Positions 61,117 to 64,000 of a stretch of 64,000 bases of DNA are shown in pieces. Numbering within the stretch: position 1 is the stretch's first letter; each line of letters begins with the position of its first letter. The DNA comes from Takakia lepidozioides (Eukaryota > Plantae > Bryophyta), in contig CM060733.1 in the NCBI GenBank assembly GCA_030704615.1, positions 58,342,001 through 58,406,000 on the forward strand, read 5' to 3'. Made by a program: the position numbers and the translations under genes. Below the pieces are notes generated by a model. It was not told where the DNA came from, did not search any database, and worked only from the letters and a program-made list of their open reading frames with translations.

Positions 61117-61637
61117 TGTGGCAGACTACTTTATTGTGCATATATGTGTGGTGTGGTTTGGACAACGATGTAGTTGTGTAGCGATATGTATGCACACGAC
61201 AGCTGTCAAGTTAAATAAGCACAGTGTGAAAACAGCTAGAATAAAACTAGTTATTTGTATTTAACACTTGGATTTAGGTCAAGTGTTAAATCAGGTGTCA
61301 AGTTTAGTTTGACACCTGGTCCGTCTTATCTTCACGAGAGCGGCAGTCGCGCGGCTCATCTTTCTCGAGTTGAGCCTGCGCGACCGAGCTCCTGCATGTG
61401 TTTAGATTTGAGTGTGCTTATGTAGGGGTACAGGTTGTTGTGGGGTGGAGTCCCCATAGCTTGGGGTGCCCCTGGCTCGACTACTATTTCTAAGAGTGAT
61501 GGTTTGGTTTTCATGTTTTGTGTCAACAGTGTGTTCGTTGGATTTCTATCATTGTGGCAGACTACTTTATTGTGCATATATGTGTGGTGTGGTTTGGACA
61601 GCGATGTAGTTGTGTAGCGATATGTATGCGCACGACA
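61117..61637 (+). repeat. Right-end composite B1(61117-61201)-gc-A2(61204-61551)-t-B2(61553-61637); PPT at 61106-61115
   Basis: 85-bp B copies with 2 transitions; junction palindrome GACAGCTGTC at 61198-61207. Confidence 0.93.
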
Positions 61638-61641
61638 GACT

Positions 61642-61896
61642 CATAAGTGCGTTTTCATCCGGTTTCTGGAAAGCATACTTCTTCAACTTCCCATCGACAC
61701 CGTAAACCTCTCTTTCCAGCCACACAGTACCATACTGGAACTCGAAACGCGTTGCTAGGAGATGCCGCAATTGCAAAACCATTGTCATCGGTCTCCTTCG
61801 AGAAAGGTACTGGTTTCTCCACAGAGTAAAACTCCGCTTCGGAGGAAGCCATGTTGCTACAAGAGAAATTCCCTCACAAAAGTGCGGAAGCCACAA
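61642..61896 (-). mobile_element. 5' part of the GCM/MULE-like gene
   Basis: ..YAFQKPDENALMS joins in frame with QWRVPPG at 49744 after one TSD copy is removed. Confidence 0.65.
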
Positions 61897-62613
61897 CTTC
61901 TGTGCGGATTCTTGTTACAAACGATAGTGGGGATTACATTTCTCATGCTTTGCATTTCAGACCGAAACCCAAAAGTCCGTCACCTTTACTAACGAGGTTG
62001 GCAAAGGACAACACGACATGTATGTCCCAAACCGTTCTGGAAGGGTCAGCCAAGACCTATTTTTAAAGCTGACATACCGTTAAAGAGCCTTTCATAAATA
62101 GTTGTCAAACCAGTTCATAAAACAGTTGTTAAGCAGTTATGTGCCTTTACAGACACATGTGAAATGATGGCGGAGACTGACATCCGATGCCACTCCAATG
62201 TGTTCAGCCACGTGGTACCCGACATGCATTGAGTATAGGGTTTAAGAGGAAAATCGGCGTCGAACGAATGGAAGATGTTCATCCGGGAGAATCCAAAAAA
62301 TCTACTGAAATTAGTCATCCATCCGAATCAAATCCATGCGATGGCCATACCTCCATAATGAAAGACGGCGGCCACTGCAGAATGGACGAGTGTGCCGTTA
62401 GGGAGGGGACACGTATGCAGTGAATACATGCATAACCGCCGAGAGCGATGCCCCGGCTGCTACTCATCGCACAACGTCTCTCATTCCAGTAGATCGTAGA
62501 TTTTCAAGCTGGAAAGTAGCAGGAGACAGAGTTTCGCACAAGAGAGTGGAAGGCGTAGAAGACAGTCATTCTTTTTTACTTCAGCGCGAGAGAGGAAGAA
62601 GGCAAGAGAGAGA

Positions 62614-64000
62614 ATGAAAGGCCGAAAGCTGAACATGACACTGAAGGAGATCGTAGAGGACAGCGCAGCCCTGGAAACCGAACACATGGCGGTGGAGGAC
62701 CAGCCGCCAGCTCGTGATGAAGTTGGGGACGAAACTGCATCAGAGGACGACACATACGCTATGGATACAGACGAGGCAGACGCTCTTGCGAAGGAATCCA
62801 CGCCGAAGGGTAAGAACGTCGTGGAGGAAGAGGCGACGCCAAATGTTAAGAAGGCTGCCGTTGTTGCCACATCAAAGGCATCTGGGAGTTCTTCGGCCAA
62901 AGGACCTCAGGTGATTCTCTTACTTGCCATCTTCTGTCATGTTTCCAGGGCATGAAAATTGCGTGCGGTGGCGCACGCAATTTTCTTGCCCTCTTTTATG
63001 TTTTTTTTTGCTTGATCATTCAAAGTAAGACCACAGGGATGCAGGCAATGCATAACAACCAAACCCGGGTGTGACCCACTTCTCAATTTTCATGTACTGC
63101 ATAGGAGAAGGGACTTTCACATTGCATAATGGTTGTACCATCCCAAGTAGATTAGAGTTCGACAGCTGAGAGAAGGCCATACAGAGAACCTCCAGAAATT
63201 GAGTATGTCAACGCACGCAATTTCGGAATGTTCTCTCTATTACCTTCTCTGAGCTGTGCTAAGTTAACAGAGACAGAAGCCCTGAATAGGCAGAAAAGTG
63301 AGTGTGAGAGAACCGCCAGAAACTGCGTGCGTTGACGCACTCAATTTCTAGAGGTTCTCTGTATGGCCTTCTCTCAGCTGTGCTGTGTTAACAGAGACAG
63401 AATCCCTGAATAAGCAAAAAAGTGAGTGTGAGAGAACCCCCAGAAATTGCGTGCGTCAACGCACGCAGTTTCTGGAGGTTCTCTCACACTCACCTTTCTG
63501 CCTATTCAGGGAGATTAGATTAAATGTCTGCTGCATACTTTTATGGAAGAGAATAGATTGACTTTGGGTATGAAATAGGCAAAGAAATGAGTACCTTTCA
63601 GAGGGTGGAAAATTGCGTGCGTTGAAGCACGCAATTTCTGGCAAGTCTTTTACATTCGTAACCTTTCGTTTTGAGTGCAAACGAAGAAAAGAAAAGGTGC
63701 TACTCAGGTCGAGGAAGAAGTGATTGAGCAGGAACTGGTGGTTGTTGAGGAGGAGGACGATGGCAGGCCATGTGAAGACAGAGCGAAAGATCTGCTTTCA
63801 TTCTCCAAAGTGAATTCTGCCCAAGTCATCAAGGCCATGGGCGTCCCTGGGGGAAAAATAATGATACCCCTATGCCGTTTGATTTCCATGCCCTTTGTTC
63901 GACCAGCTCTGATGAACGACATTCAAAAGTTGGAACAGGATTTTTGCCATGGGTACATAGAGGGTCAATCTGTTTTTTACGTCTCCTTGGCAGACTCCGC
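62614..64000 (+). CDS. Start of a putative TE gene (acidic exon 62614-62910; exon from about 63708), possibly ParB-like, running off the window
   Basis: ..IPLCRLISMPFVRPALMNDIQKLEQDFCHGY..VFYVSL resembles the N-terminal part of ParB-like domains. Any catalytic motif would lie beyond the window. Confidence 0.4.
62954..63639. repeat. Cluster of five ~30-bp palindromes gaaattgcgtgcg-N4-cgcacgcaatttc, with nested inverted repeats
   Basis: Copies at 62954, 63195, 63318, 63442 and 63608; a 72-bp near-perfect palindrome at 63422-63493. Confidence 0.85.

Larger units (their letters stand above)
49749..61637 (+). mobile_element. Ty3/Gypsy retrotransposon carrying a C5 DNA methyltransferase and a PHD finger, with permuted A...B-A-B termini
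   Basis: TGTC...GACA ends; 4-bp TSD GACT (49745-49748 and 61638-61641); removal restores the host frame ENALMS-QWRVPP. Domain order gag-PR-DNMT-RT-RH-IN-PHD. Confidence 0.93.

Noticed and set aside
49749-61637. DIRS/Ngaro classification based on split direct repeats
   Set aside because: The element encodes an aspartic protease and an HHCC-DDE integrase and has a TSD; no tyrosine recombinase motif was seen.
62954-63639. CRISPR-like array
   Set aside because: Spacing is irregular, the intervening sequence is itself repeated, the context is a eukaryotic intron, and there are no cas genes.

Overview
Intron-containing eukaryotic nuclear DNA from a land plant, probably a non-seed lineage such as a bryophyte, lycophyte or fern (inferred from gene and TE content, not proven). 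Three host genes look intact or nearly so: an STK16-like kinase (-), an AAC4-like protein (+) and a P-class PPR protein (-). Decayed host-gene fragments include RPS18, ATP23, a plastidic-glucose-transporter-like gene, an ABCG/PDR gene and NDA. More than half of the window is nested transposons. A chromovirus (17116-24171) sits inside a large unclassified element that encodes a ParB/Srx-like protein and two FCP1-like HAD domains. There are also CRE-like and RTE-X-like non-LTR fragments and a GCM/MULE-like transposase gene. The standout is an 11.9-kb Ty3/Gypsy element (49749-61637, 4-bp TSD GACT). It encodes a complete DNMT3-like C5 cytosine methyltransferase between protease and RT, and a PHD finger at the integrase C-terminus. 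It has a self-priming (tRNA-independent) PBS and a UAG-CAA-CCA readthrough-type stop. Its termini are circularly permuted (A-internal-B-gc-A-t-B), so the ends used for integration differ from the LTR ends defined by the PBS and PPT. All assignments come from reading motifs by eye; no searches were run.
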